From positions 676-64,675 of IMG/VR virus record IMGVR_UViG_3300024279_000007: a stretch of 64,000 nt of DNA; one strand, given 5' to 3'. Below, one piece after another: positions 8,523 to 19,133 of the stretch. The position numbers and the translations under genes are program-made. The DNA is from a virus. Numbering within the stretch: the first letter of the stretch is position 1; every line of letters starts with the position of its first letter. Under the pieces are notes generated by a model that saw only the letters and a list, made by a program, of their open reading frames with translations, did not search any database and was not told the origin of the DNA.

Positions 8523-11500
8523 ATGGCCGCTAACCCGTTCGAACAGGTGAACGTCCCGCCGCTTCCGGACACGATGCCCGATACCAGCATGCCGGTCGGC
8601 AATCCCGCGCACCCGGCTGAAGCGAATCCGTTTGCTTCATCCGACATGCAGATGGTGCAGGATGACAGCCCGAATCCGTTCGCGGCACCGGACATGATCG
8701 AAGCACCGAAGAAGCCTGTCCAGCAGTCGGGTGCCATCATGGCAGGCGTGCGCAGCGCAATCCCCGGTTTGCAGGAACAGCTTGGGGAAGCGGAAAGCTA
8801 CGGTGGCCGTGCGGCACGGCAGGCTGGCTACAACCAGATTGCCGACTGGCTGGAGTCGCACAGCAAGTCCAACCTCGATGAAGTCAAGGCTGGACAGGAC
8901 GCGAGCAACACACTGCCCGCTGACGCTGGTCTCGGCTCGCGCGCCGCCTACGGGATTGCGCAGGGCATCGGCCAGACTGCCGTGGTGGGTGGTGGCGGTT
9001 TCGCAGCCGGTGCTCTCGCGGGTGGCGCAGCCGGTGCCGCGTTCGGTGGTGTCGGCGCGATTCCCGGTGCCATCGCGGGTGGCCTGCTGGGTTGGACCAT
9101 CGCCAACGTGGGCGCGCTCCCGGCACTGATGGGCTTCTCGCAGGCAGGCCGCACGGCCAGCGCTGTGGCTGACCAGAAGCAGAAAGAAGGCCTGTCGGCT
9201 GAACAGGCCAATGCACAGGGTCTGGAAGCGGGCGCGGTCACCGGCACGGCGGCAGGCGCGCAGGGCGCTGTCCTCGGGCTGCTGGGTCCGCTCGGCAAGG
9301 TGGTCGGCAAGGCCAAGGCTGGCTCGGTGGTGGAGTCGGCACTGAACGCCACGGCTGGCTCGATTGCCAAGGACACTGCCAAGGCAGCGGCAGTCGGCGC
9401 GGCAGGCAACGTTGCCGTCACGGCAGCAGCGCAGGGCGTGGAACAGCAGTATGGTGTCGGTGACGGTATCTCGGGTGAATCGTTGCTCGAATCCGGCCTG
9501 ATCGGCGCGGGCATGACGGGGCTGATGCACGGTCCCGCGCAGTACGCCCGCACGTCGAAACTCCGCAGCGCAACCGGCCCGCTCGCGGACCCGACCGCTT
9601 CCGTCGAAGACCGGCAGCGCGCCGCCGCCGCAGCGGTCGCAGCCATCGCCACGCGCGACACGCAACTCGCGCAGGACTTCGGCATCTACTCCGCTGTCCA
9701 GATCGCGAAGGGTCTGCCGGTGGACGTGACCGCCGACCATGCCTACACCGCGTTCGCACAGGACGCAAAGGACAAGGCTGACCGTTATGCCAAGGCGGTC
9801 GCTGGACAGGTGACAGGCGAGAAGCAGCCCGGTAACGGCAACAGCTTCGTACCGGGTCAGGGCGACCGCACGTTCGGCGCGGCACCGGAAGACAACAGCC
9901 TTCGCCCGACTGGCGCAGACACGTCCATGCAGGGGCAGGATATCAACCGCCCGATGCCGGACAACCTCGATGTGCGCGGGATCATTGAGCGTGAGGCTCC
10001 CCCGGTCGCACCAACACCAATCGACCCGAACGACCCGCAGGGCACGCTGAACGCCATCCATGAGTCCAACGTCGCTGACGATGCGTTCCTCGACCGCGCG
10101 CTGGCCGCAGCCCATGAGACGGGCGTGCTCACGCCGGAAGCAGCGGAAGCCCCGCTGTCGCCGGAAGCCCTGCGTCCTGACCAGCAGTTCTACAACGACC
10201 AGCGCGATCAGGCTGGCCGCGACGTGGCCTTCCAGCAGGCTGAACAGCAACAGGGTACACCGCCCGCCGTGCCGGACGATGCGTTCGCCCAGCGGCAGGC
10301 CGCGCTCGCGGCAGAGGCCGACCGGCTGCGCCAGCAGGGTCACGTGGCGGGTGTCTACGATCAGGCCATGAACGCGCCCGACCGGGCCGCTGCGGAAGGG
10401 CAGTCCCGTGCCGACGCCTACACGGCTGAACAGGCGGCACGCCGTCAGGCCGCGCATGAGGCATCGGTCGCACAGGACACCAGCGAGACGGCAGCGCGGG
10501 TGGCCGGTGAAGGTGCTGAACAGCCGACCGCGATGGCACAGGCGCTGCAACGCGCGGGCGTGCGTCCGGCTGAACAGGGGAACGCCCCGGCACGGCCAGC
10601 GGAGACGCCTGCGGAAAAGGCGCAACTGTCGCGCCTTGGTCACCGCAACCCCGCGAGCCTTCGCACGGACGAACTCGGTCGGCTGGTGGAGTCGCACCCC
10701 GATCCGGCAGTCCGCGCCGCTGCACAGGCGGTGCTCGGGGTACGCCGCAACCGCGCCATCGCGGAAACCCCCGATTCTACTGTTCAGCACACCGGGGAAA
10801 TGACCGGCAATCAGGATTTCCGCCGTCCGGGACCGGTCAACGATGAAGCGGGGATTGAATTTTCCCGCCAGCGGCGCGAATCCGGGGCTGCTGACGGGCT
10901 GGAGACGCCCCGGACGCCCGAAGGTAGCGCCCCGGTCGAAGCAGCCCCGGAAATCGCCCCGCTGAAGCGTGCGCTGGACGCCGATGCGGTCAAGGCGGGT
11001 GAGAAGTCGGCGGGTGACTTCGAACACGTCACGCGTGACAGCCTGCCTGAACAGCGCACGGCGGTAGAGAACGGTGTGAAGGGTGCCACTACCCTGTCGA
11101 AGTCGGATTACGATCTGGTCACGAAGCAGGCCGACCTGTTCAACAAGAAAGTCGTGCTGTTCAGGCAGCGCAACGGTCGGCCCGGTGAACGGCTGGACGG
11201 CGCGGTGCTCCCGGAAGACGGCAACACGATCTACCTGAACGCGGACGCGGCGGGCGCTCACCATATGGTGGTGGTCGGCCACGAACTGGCGCACCAGATG
11301 GAGAAGGACGCGCCGCAGGTGTACAAGGCGCTGAAGGATGCGCTGTCCTCGCAGACCAAGGGTGGGCTTGAACGGTTCACGCAGTATTACGGTGAGACGG
11401 GCAACCTGAAGAACCCGAAGTTTCGCAGCCGCATGACCCATGAGTTCATTGCCGATCTGGTGGGTAACCGGGCCGGTGAACTGAACACGTGGCGTCAGGT

Positions 11501-14500
11501 GTTTGCGAGCGTGGACAAGGGCAACCGGAGCATGGTCTACCGGCTGGCGGATTATGTGTCCCGTTTCATCGGCAAGCTGATGAACAACGAGAAGTTCAGG
11601 AAGTTCGCCACCGATGACATGGTGAACAGCCTGAACGACACGCGCACTGCGGTGCGTCGTGCGCTCGCGGATTACGCCAGTTCGCAGGGCATGGCCCGTA
11701 TGCAGCATGAGGCTGAACAGCTTCGTGCCGCGAAGGCCAATCGTGGTGAAGAAGGTCCAAAGCTGGTGGAGCCGGTCAGGTCAGACCGTGTGGTGCATGA
11801 TAGACTTACAGATCGGCTGCATGACCGCGCTTCCCCTGAACAGGTGAAGCCGCGTGAACCGGAGCCGACACAGGGCACGCAGCGCATGGAGCAAAGCGGT
11901 ACGCCCCGCACTGAACGTGTCCGCGAATCTGGAGAACGCGATGAAAGGACCACAACGGCAGGACAACAGAACGAAGGAACAGGCGCTGGCAGAACTGCAC
12001 CGGGAAATGGAAGTCGGGATGAGCCAACAGCCAGACCAGACGGACGGCTTGAACTCACCCACTGGTCAGGCAAAGCCGGTCTCCAAGACCTCGACCCCGC
12101 CAAGCACGGCACCGGCCTCAAAGGCGCAGAGCTAAAGCGGCGCGACCGTGACCCGGACAGCTACGTCAACCGGACGTATTTCGGACTGAACGTGGGTGAA
12201 CCGGGCGGGTACGTGAAGGAGTCCGGGCTTGGCCAGCACAAGTACACGACCTCGGTTGAACCGTCGAAGCTGTACGACATTGGCGCTGACCCTGCCGGAC
12301 TGTATCCGAAGGGTGATATCGGCCCGTATGCCGACCGACTCTCGATGTATGAGAAGGCGATCAGGGATGCAGGCTATCAGGGTTACTGGACAGCACACCC
12401 TTCAATGGGCAAAGTTGCGGCAGTGTTTGACAAGCTGCCGGTGGAGCATGCAAATGAAAGGACCACGCAAACCGCAGAACCAGCGCTCGCAAGATCAGCA
12501 GAGCGCAACGAAGAACGAGCCGCCGTTGAACAGACCGCCCGCGAACCAGCAGCACTGGGACGACGTGACGGCGGAACTGAAGGCGAAGTACCCGGATACA
12601 CCCGACGCAGCTTGGGAAGCGATGGGAATGTAACGGTCAACGGTCGCACGGTCAAAGGTGAACAGGTCAGCCCGACACCTGAACGCCGTGCGGCACTTCA
12701 GGCTCGCGGAGTCAGTTCGCCTGACTACGTGCAAGTCTCTGGCAAGGAAGGCGCACAGGCTTTCCACGACGCCATCCTCGAATCAAAGATGCAGAACCCC
12801 CACGGGGCCTCTGTCCACGTCTACACGCCGGAAGAATACGCAGAGATGCGCACCTTCCTGACCGACGACGGCAAGGCAGGGGTGGCCATCAAGCCGGACG
12901 GCGATATCGTCTCGGTGTTCAACACGCCCGGTAGCGGCATCAAGGGTCTGACGGTCTCGGCACTCGACCTCGCTGTCCAGCATGGCGGTACGAAGCTGGA
13001 CGCCTTCGACACGGTACTCCCACACCTGTATGCGAAGTCCGGCTTCAAGGCTGTGGCGCGCATGCACTGGAATGACGAGTACAGCCCGGAAGGCTGGGAC
13101 AAGGGGCAGTTCGAACAGCACAACGGCGGCGAGCCTGACGTGGTGTTCATGGCCCACGATCCTGAAGGCGTGGCTGACTACCAGCCGGGTGACGGCAAGC
13201 TGGTCACCGACTACGATGAAGGCGTGCGCTTGCAGGACGAAGCTGTTCAGGATGCTCACCCGTCCGAAGGGGAAGCAGGCACCGCCAACCCGCTGTCCAG
13301 CGAACCCTCGGTGCGCCGGTCAGGGGAACGGGCTAACTACCTCGGCCCGATGGACCCGGCACAGGAAGCCTCGGCCCGTGCGGTCGGCATGTTCGCCCCG
13401 AAGAAGACCTACAAACAGGTCATGCAGGAAGCCAGCAAAGACCTCGGCAAGAAACTCCAGCAGGGTATCGCTGACCAGTTCGCGCCGATCCGGGAACTGG
13501 ACGAGAAGGCTTACTGGCTGTCGCGGCTGTCCAAGGGTTCGGACGGCGCACTTGAGGCAGCGCTGCTGTATGGCGCACCTGTGATCCGCGATGGCGTCTA
13601 TGACGTGGACGTGCATGGCAAGGGCTTTGCGAAGATCATGGCCGATCTGGACGGCGAGCATAACCGTTTCCTGCTGTGGGAAGCGGCGCATCGCGCGGAA
13701 GACCTGAAGGCGGAAGGCCGGGAGAACCTGTTCACTGATCAGGATATCTCGGCACTGAAGACCCTCGACCAGCCGGACGCCATGCACCCGAACCGCGCGC
13801 AGAAGTTTGCGCAGGCGCGGCGCGAGTATCGTGACTTCAATGAAGCGATGCTCAAGATCGCACGGGACTCCGGGATTCTCTCGGATGAAGACTACAGGCT
13901 GTTCAGGGATCAGGCCTATGTACCGTTCTACCGCGTCATGGAAGGGGGCGACGCGGCGGTCCCCGGTGGCGGCAAGTCAGCGGGGCTGGTCAACCAGTAT
14001 GCGTTCAAGAAACTGAAGGGGGGCACGTCCAAGCTGAACGAAGACCTTCTGGTCAACGTGCTGGGTAACTACTCGCACCTGCTGGGCGCAGCAGCCCGCA
14101 ACCGCGCCGCCAAGGCAACGATGGATGCAGCGGAAGCCGCTGGCATCGCACATCAGGTTCCGGCAGCGGCGGCAGGCAAGGGCAGCGTGGCCGTCCGCGA
14201 TGGTGGCAAGGAAGTGCACTACTACATAGACGATCCGCACCTGCTGGCGGCGGTGTCGGCCATGAGTCGGCAGGTACCCGGCTGGATGAAACCGCTGTCC
14301 ACGTTCAAGCGCGTGCTCACGCATGCGGTGACAACGATGCCGGGTTTCAAGGTCCGCAACCTGATCCGTGACTCGATCAGTGCGCTGGCTGTGGGCGACC
14401 TCTCCCCGAACATCGCGAAGAATCTGGTGGAAGGGGCGAAGGGTACGTCGAAGAAGTCCCAGACCTACGCGTCAATGCTGGCCTCGGGCGGCATCATCCG

Positions 14501-15848
14501 GATGGGTTCGATGCTGGAAGGCAACGAGGCCTCGCGGGCGCACCGGCTGATTGAGAAGGGGGTACCGGCCCACACGATTCTGGACAGGGGCATGACCGAC
14601 AAGCTGTTCGGTCAGGCGCGTGACCTCTACCATGCCTATCAGGAACTGGGGGACCGCTCGGAAAACATCAACCGGGCTGCGCTCTACCAGCAACTGATCA
14701 AGCAGGGCAAGTCGCACGCGGAAGCCTCATTCATGGCGCGTGACATGCTGGACTTCTCGATGCAGGGCAACTGGCCGGTTATCCGTTTCCTCACGCAGTC
14801 TGTGCCGTTCATGAATGCCCGCATCCAAGGGCTGTACAAGCTGGGCAAGGCAGCGGCATCGAACCCGCTTCGCGTGGGCGCGGTGGTCGGCTCCGTCATG
14901 ATGGCCTCGCTGGCACTCCAGTGGGCCTATCAGGATGATCCCGACTGGAAGAATCGCGAAGACTGGGACCGGGATAACTACTGGTGGTTCAAGATCGGCG
15001 GCACTGCGTACCGTATCCCCAAGCCGTTTGAAATCGGCGCGGCGGGCACCATCGCGGAACGCACGGCTGAACTGATGATGGACAAGGAAATGACGGGCAA
15101 GCGGTACATGGGGCGCGTGGTAGACATTCTCGGCCAGCAGTTCGCGCTCAACCCGACGCCGCAGATCGTCAAGCCACTGGTGGACGTGTACGCGAACAAG
15201 GATGCCTTCACGGGCAGGCCGATTGAGAATCAGGCCATGCAGGCGCTCCAGCCGGAAGACCGGTACGACGCGCACACCAGCATGACCGCACGCTTTCTCG
15301 GCCAGTTGGGTCTGCCTGATCCTGTTCAGTTGATTCAGGGCCGGTATCAGCAGCTTTCCCCTGTCCAGATGGAGTCGCTGCTGCACGGCTACTTCGGCTC
15401 GCTGGGGGCGCTGGCGCTCGGGGTCACGGATGCGATTGCACGGCCTGCAACCGGGCAGGCGTCGCGTCCGTCCATGACGCTGGCAGACCTGACGGGCAAC
15501 GCAGCGGAGACAATCGGCACGAAGCCCAGCCGCTATGTCTCGGCCATGTACGACAATCTCCAGCACATCGAACAGGCTTACAACTCATACCACACCTACC
15601 TGAAGACCGGGCAGGTGGACAAGGCGCGGGCGGAACTGGCCGACAACCGGAACCTGATCGCGTCGTACAGCATGGCGGAAGCCGCCAAGCGGACTATGGG
15701 CAAGCTGTCTGTTCAGGAGAAGCGGATCGTCAATGATGAATCGCTGTCGTCAGCGGAGAAGCGGGATCAGCTAACCGCGCTCACGAAGAAAAAGAATGCG
15801 CTGGCGCAGAAGATCGCGCAGCGTGAACTTGACGTGTCACAACGCTGA
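8523..15848 (+). CDS. Giant ejection / polyvalent protein (2441 aa): zincin-like peptidase, ART-like, GNAT-like and LPD38-like domains
   Basis: HELAH (HExxH) ~11280; THWS...LDP...GTG...RTYF ~12050-12400; FLTDDGKAGVAIKPDGDIVSVF...KLDAFDT.LP.LY...GF ~12850-13150; YRIPKPFEIG ~15010. Confidence 0.75.
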   Translation: MAANPFEQVNVPPLPDTMPDTSMPVGNPAHPAEANPFASSDMQMVQDDSPNPFAAPDMIEAPKKPVQQSGAIMAGVRSAIPGLQEQLGEAESYGGRAARQAGYNQIADWLESHSKSNLDEVKAGQDASNTLPADAGLGSRAAYGIAQGIGQTAVVGGGGFAAGALAGGAAGAAFGGVGAIPGAIAGGLLGWTIANVGALPALMGFSQAGRTASAVADQKQKEGLSAEQANAQGLEAGAVTGTAAGAQGAVLGLLGPLGKVVGKAKAGSVVESALNATAGSIAKDTAKAAAVGAAGNVAVTAAAQGVEQQYGVGDGISGESLLESGLIGAGMTGLMHGPAQYARTSKLRSATGPLADPTASVEDRQRAAAAAVAAIATRDTQLAQDFGIYSAVQIAKGLPVDVTADHAYTAFAQDAKDKADRYAKAVAGQVTGEKQPGNGNSFVPGQGDRTFGAAPEDNSLRPTGADTSMQGQDINRPMPDNLDVRGIIEREAPPVAPTPIDPNDPQGTLNAIHESNVADDAFLDRALAAAHETGVLTPEAAEAPLSPEALRPDQQFYNDQRDQAGRDVAFQQAEQQQGTPPAVPDDAFAQRQAALAAEADRLRQQGHVAGVYDQAMNAPDRAAAEGQSRADAYTAEQAARRQAAHEASVAQDTSETAARVAGEGAEQPTAMAQALQRAGVRPAEQGNAPARPAETPAEKAQLSRLGHRNPASLRTDELGRLVESHPDPAVRAAAQAVLGVRRNRAIAETPDSTVQHTGEMTGNQDFRRPGPVNDEAGIEFSRQRRESGAADGLETPRTPEGSAPVEAAPEIAPLKRALDADAVKAGEKSAGDFEHVTRDSLPEQRTAVENGVKGATTLSKSDYDLVTKQADLFNKKVVLFRQRNGRPGERLDGAVLPEDGNTIYLNADAAGAHHMVVVGHELAHQMEKDAPQVYKALKDALSSQTKGGLERFTQYYGETGNLKNPKFRSRMTHEFIADLVGNRAGELNTWRQVFASVDKGNRSMVYRLADYVSRFIGKLMNNEKFRKFATDDMVNSLNDTRTAVRRALADYASSQGMARMQHEAEQLRAAKANRGEEGPKLVEPVRSDRVVHDRLTDRLHDRASPEQVKPREPEPTQGTQRMEQSGTPRTERVRESGERDERTTTAGQQNEGTGAGRTAPGNGSRDEPTARPDGRLELTHWSGKAGLQDLDPAKHGTGLKGAELKRRDRDPDSYVNRTYFGLNVGEPGGYVKESGLGQHKYTTSVEPSKLYDIGADPAGLYPKGDIGPYADRLSMYEKAIRDAGYQGYWTAHPSMGKVAAVFDKLPVEHANERTTQTAEPALARSAERNEERAAVEQTAREPAALGRRDGGTEGEVPGYTRRSLGSDGNVTVNGRTVKGEQVSPTPERRAALQARGVSSPDYVQVSGKEGAQAFHDAILESKMQNPHGASVHVYTPEEYAEMRTFLTDDGKAGVAIKPDGDIVSVFNTPGSGIKGLTVSALDLAVQHGGTKLDAFDTVLPHLYAKSGFKAVARMHWNDEYSPEGWDKGQFEQHNGGEPDVVFMAHDPEGVADYQPGDGKLVTDYDEGVRLQDEAVQDAHPSEGEAGTANPLSSEPSVRRSGERANYLGPMDPAQEASARAVGMFAPKKTYKQVMQEASKDLGKKLQQGIADQFAPIRELDEKAYWLSRLSKGSDGALEAALLYGAPVIRDGVYDVDVHGKGFAKIMADLDGEHNRFLLWEAAHRAEDLKAEGRENLFTDQDISALKTLDQPDAMHPNRAQKFAQARREYRDFNEAMLKIARDSGILSDEDYRLFRDQAYVPFYRVMEGGDAAVPGGGKSAGLVNQYAFKKLKGGTSKLNEDLLVNVLGNYSHLLGAAARNRAAKATMDAAEAAGIAHQVPAAAAGKGSVAVRDGGKEVHYYIDDPHLLAAVSAMSRQVPGWMKPLSTFKRVLTHAVTTMPGFKVRNLIRDSISALAVGDLSPNIAKNLVEGAKGTSKKSQTYASMLASGGIIRMGSMLEGNEASRAHRLIEKGVPAHTILDRGMTDKLFGQARDLYHAYQELGDRSENINRAALYQQLIKQGKSHAEASFMARDMLDFSMQGNWPVIRFLTQSVPFMNARIQGLYKLGKAAASNPLRVGAVVGSVMMASLALQWAYQDDPDWKNREDWDRDNYWWFKIGGTAYRIPKPFEIGAAGTIAERTAELMMDKEMTGKRYMGRVVDILGQQFALNPTPQIVKPLVDVYANKDAFTGRPIENQAMQALQPEDRYDAHTSMTARFLGQLGLPDPVQLIQGRYQQLSPVQMESLLHGYFGSLGALALGVTDAIARPATGQASRPSMTLADLTGNAAETIGTKPSRYVSAMYDNLQHIEQAYNSYHTYLKTGQVDKARAELADNRNLIASYSMAEAAKRTMGKLSVQEKRIVNDESLSSAEKRDQLTALTKKKNALAQKIAQRELDVSQR

Positions 15849-15855
15849 GTGCAGG

Positions 15856-15879
15856 GTGGGTCACTGTCCAGTGGCCCAC
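15856..15879. terminator. Hairpin at the convergence of the late and replication operons
   Basis: GTGGGTCACTG-TC-CAGTGGCCCAC; no U-tract, so terminator role is uncertain. Confidence 0.4.
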
Positions 15880-16031
15880 TCCACCAGCTTCACACCTGCC
15901 GCCGTAATCAGCCCGATAACGAACAGATCAAAGACGGCTTCACGGATGGTATCCATGCACTTCTGGCACGACGCCAGAAAGACCATGAAGGCCATGAACA
16001 GCACCACGATCAAGACCTTCACGGCTTCCAC
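15861..16031 (-). CDS. Small two-TM membrane protein (56 aa)
   Basis: GGAG RBS + GTG; MEAVKVLIVVLFMAFMVFLASC...LFVIGLITAAGVKLVEW; not in the ORF track. Confidence 0.55.
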   Translation of the reverse strand: MEAVKVLIVVLFMAFMVFLASCQKCMDTIREAVFDLFVIGLITAAGVKLVEWATGQ

Positions 16032-16032
16032 A

Positions 16033-16506
16033 TCAGACTCCCTGCGGTATCATTGCCGACATTTCAACCATATACTCCCAGCGCGGATTGTCCAGTGCCG
16101 GTGCCCGGTGCCGGTCGTGCGCGAACTTCCACACCGTGCCGTCATCACAGCGAGCGTACAGCGTATCATTGGCCCCGCGCCACGATTCGAACATGCGACG
16201 CTGAACCTTCCCGTACCTTGTAGCTTCCAGTTCCTTGATCTTGTTGTCCATGTTGATCAGTGCCTGACTGGCCTGATTATGCTGGGTCAGCAGGTTCGCG
16301 CAGAGCACGCGCAACTGGTCAAGTTCAAACAGTCCAGCCCCCTGACACGTGTTGATAATGCTGTTCACCATCGGGTTGGTCATGTAGGCGTTGCGCAGGG
16401 TCTGCTTCGCCTGTTGCAGCGATTGCATCGTCTCCTGTTCAGTCGGGGTGAAAAACGTTTCAATGGCGTGGGGTGCTTCGAGAGTATTGGCTTGCATGTT
16501 CTTCAC
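16033..16506 (-). CDS. Hypothetical protein
   Basis: Coupled to the polymerase gene; coiled coil plus LYARCDDGTVW C-terminus. Confidence 0.65.
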   Translation of the reverse strand: MKNMQANTLEAPHAIETFFTPTEQETMQSLQQAKQTLRNAYMTNPMVNSIINTCQGAGLFELDQLRVLCANLLTQHNQASQALINMDNKIKELEATRYGKVQRRMFESWRGANDTLYARCDDGTVWKFAHDRHRAPALDNPRWEYMVEMSAMIPQGV

Positions 16507-18680
16507 TTCTGGTAGAAGGTTGCGTCCATGCCGTCGGCCTTTAACGGCAACCCGGTGTAGCCCGGTTGTGGCTCACACATGAGATTTTCAACAAACTTCA
16601 CGCCGACACTTTTCTTCCGTTCGGCCTTATTCTTGTGGTCTGGAGCGTAGAGTTCAGCTTTCCAGTCAAGCGGTACTTCCAGCACAGGTTCATCGTGCAC
16701 GCTGAACACAATCGGTAAGCCTTCTTCCTCGATCCTGAACAGTGCGTTGGTCAGGTTGTCAACGCCGTTGGCCTGCGTGCGGTTCTCAAACAGCTTACCC
16801 CCATAGGTTCGAATGGTGCCCCACTGGTGGGTGTACTGGTTCACACCATCGAATGCAATCTGGTAGCACGAAAACTTATCGGACCACTCAAGCCGCGCGT
16901 TCGGATAGCACAGCCGCCTGCCGGACGGCAGAACCTGCCACAGCGAGCCGCCTTCGTACTCGAAACCATAACGACGCTGGATATCGCCATCACGGTCACG
17001 CATCCATTCCCACATTTGCACCGGCTCGCCGTAGTCGATGCAGTCCATTGCTTCATCGTTGGTGCGGTACCAGTTGCGGGCGACACGCGGGGAAGCCTTG
17101 CGCCACGTGCGCACAATCGGCAGCAGTTCGTATTCCTCCAGACCCTGTTCAAGCGCACCCATAGTAATGGCTGCATTCGGACCCCCTTGGTACTGGAAAG
17201 CGAGTTCGGAAATCTTGCCCTTCTGGCGCAAGTCTGAACGCTTGCCATCCTTCATGCAGTCTTCCAGCGGCACGTCAAACATTTCGCTCGCGGACGCTTC
17301 ATAGATCAGTCCGTGTGTCCTGAACACTTCCATGCGCCATTCTTCCTGCGTGTCCCATGCCCCCAGCCGACCCTCGATAGCGGAGAAGTCCGCGATGATG
17401 AAGCGGCAACCCTCGGCGGGAATGAACGCGGTACGGATCAGTTCCGAGAGCACCGGCAGAATGTCTTCCCCGAACATCAGGCGCAGCATTTTCAGCTTGC
17501 CTGCCTTCACAATCTCGCGGATCAGGGCCAAGTCTTTCAGGTGGTTCTGCGGCAGGTTCTGCACCTGCACGATCCGTCCAGCCCAGCGCCCGGTACGCGG
17601 CGCACCGTAGAACTGCAACAGCCCGCGAATGCGGCCATCCTTGCACACGGCGCGCTTCATCGCGTGGAACTTCGATACCGACGACTTGGCCAGCTTCTGG
17701 CGCAACTCCAGCACGCGGCGGATTGTGTTGTCCAGCGCAGCATCGCCCAGCAGTGCCGTGACCGTTTTCTTGTTCAGGTCCGTGATGCGCTTCTTCTCGG
17801 CTTCCGTGCGGTCTACCGCCCAGTCATCGCTCGCCAGCTTCTCGCGTTCCTTGTCTTCCTCGGTCTCGGCCTCATTCAGCCACTTCAGCAACTGCTTTAC
17901 GCTGTTCGGATTGGCGATACCCGTCAGGTCAATGATCTTCTGGACCAGTTCGCCCTTGATAATCTCGTTGATCCGGATGGCGTTTTCCACCAGTTCCATG
18001 TCAACGCGCACGCCCCGGTCATTGATGCGCTGGTCCATTGCCCACGCGCGCCACTGCCGGTTCTGCATGTTGTATCTGGACAGGCGCTGGTACAGCCCGC
18101 GCTCGGCTTCCACGTCCTGTTTGTTGTAGACCTTGTAGTCCATCCACAGCAGACGGTTGTGGCTGGGCAGGTTCTGCTTGCGCATGCCGTTTTTCTTCGT
18201 CGGCTTGCACGGCTTGCAGAAGTACAGCATGGCCTTCCTGCCGTCGATCTTCTGGTGCTCCATGCCCAGCACGTCGGTCTGCTTGCCCAGCGAACCGGGC
18301 AGGCCCAGCGACAGCCCCAGCACCATCGTGCAGGCCCACTGGACAGGATCGCAGTAGATGCCGAAGTGGTTCAGGATGGCCTGCCGTTCGAACCCGGCAT
18401 TGAACGCGTGCTTCAGAACAGCCGGATCGGTGAGCATTTGCAGGAAGCGGTCGGGCACCTTCTCCCCGCACTCCACGTCCACCTGCTGGACAGGATCGTC
18501 ATCTACCGCGAATGACAGCAACTGGATTCTGAACGAGTCGTCCTCGCAATAGCGATAGTGGCCGACCTTGTTCAGGTCAGCCTCGCAGTACGTCTCAACG
18601 TCAACGTACAGGTGCGCCCGTGGCTTGCCGTACAGCAGGTGCCACAGCAGGTGACTCGGCAGTTCCGGATTCTTGCTCAT
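16503..18680 (-). CDS. Family A DNA polymerase with 3'-5' exonuclease (SPO2/APSE-like)
   Basis: DVETY exo I, HAFNAGFER exo II, motif A ADFSAIEGR, motif B RQKGKISELAFQY, motif C VHDE. Confidence 0.95.
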   Translation of the reverse strand: MSKNPELPSHLLWHLLYGKPRAHLYVDVETYCEADLNKVGHYRYCEDDSFRIQLLSFAVDDDPVQQVDVECGEKVPDRFLQMLTDPAVLKHAFNAGFERQAILNHFGIYCDPVQWACTMVLGLSLGLPGSLGKQTDVLGMEHQKIDGRKAMLYFCKPCKPTKKNGMRKQNLPSHNRLLWMDYKVYNKQDVEAERGLYQRLSRYNMQNRQWRAWAMDQRINDRGVRVDMELVENAIRINEIIKGELVQKIIDLTGIANPNSVKQLLKWLNEAETEEDKEREKLASDDWAVDRTEAEKKRITDLNKKTVTALLGDAALDNTIRRVLELRQKLAKSSVSKFHAMKRAVCKDGRIRGLLQFYGAPRTGRWAGRIVQVQNLPQNHLKDLALIREIVKAGKLKMLRLMFGEDILPVLSELIRTAFIPAEGCRFIIADFSAIEGRLGAWDTQEEWRMEVFRTHGLIYEASASEMFDVPLEDCMKDGKRSDLRQKGKISELAFQYQGGPNAAITMGALEQGLEEYELLPIVRTWRKASPRVARNWYRTNDEAMDCIDYGEPVQMWEWMRDRDGDIQRRYGFEYEGGSLWQVLPSGRRLCYPNARLEWSDKFSCYQIAFDGVNQYTHQWGTIRTYGGKLFENRTQANGVDNLTNALFRIEEEGLPIVFSVHDEPVLEVPLDWKAELYAPDHKNKAERKKSVGVKFVENLMCEPQPGYTGLPLKADGMDATFYQK

Positions 18681-19066
18681 GTTTTTATGCTGTGCGGAAT
18701 GAGTTCTGCCAGACTGAGGAACCAGCGTTCGGTCTGTGCCAAGGCGTCTTCCATGTCGCGGGCCTGCACGCCATAGCGGTGTGCGATCCGCCCGTGGTAG
18801 ACGTTGTACAGGCCCGGAGCAACCGCCACCACTTTCAGGTCACCAAAGCGCTCGTCATGGACGATCAGGGTCTCCTGCCTGAACTGGACAGGGCGCGGCC
18901 ACGCATGGTTCGAAGTCCAGTCGTGAAAGCGCAGGCTCCAGTCAGACCAGTTGGTGAGCGCCATCAGCGGGTGGCACACCAGATCGTGCACGATGGCCCA
19001 GCCCACACGTTCCTCGGCATTCGCGCAGGCAGTGCGGGGATCGGTTCTCATGACAGGCGCATCCAC
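18677..19066 (-). CDS. Hypothetical protein
   Basis: ORF coupled to the polymerase start. Confidence 0.6.
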   Translation of the reverse strand: MDAPVMRTDPRTACANAEERVGWAIVHDLVCHPLMALTNWSDWSLRFHDWTSNHAWPRPVQFRQETLIVHDERFGDLKVVAVAPGLYNVYHGRIAHRYGVQARDMEDALAQTERWFLSLAELIPHSIKT

Positions 19067-19133
19067 GGGAAGAACAGTTGCATCACGGCCCGGAACATCA
19101 CGAAGCCACCCAGTTGCATCATGACGAGTGAAC

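Noticed and set aside
8637-11708. Very long antisense ORFs (also 48749-51580, 45585-47036, 30889-32427, 54055-55329)
   Set aside because: Shadow frames of GC3-biased genes; no RBS and no protein-like motifs
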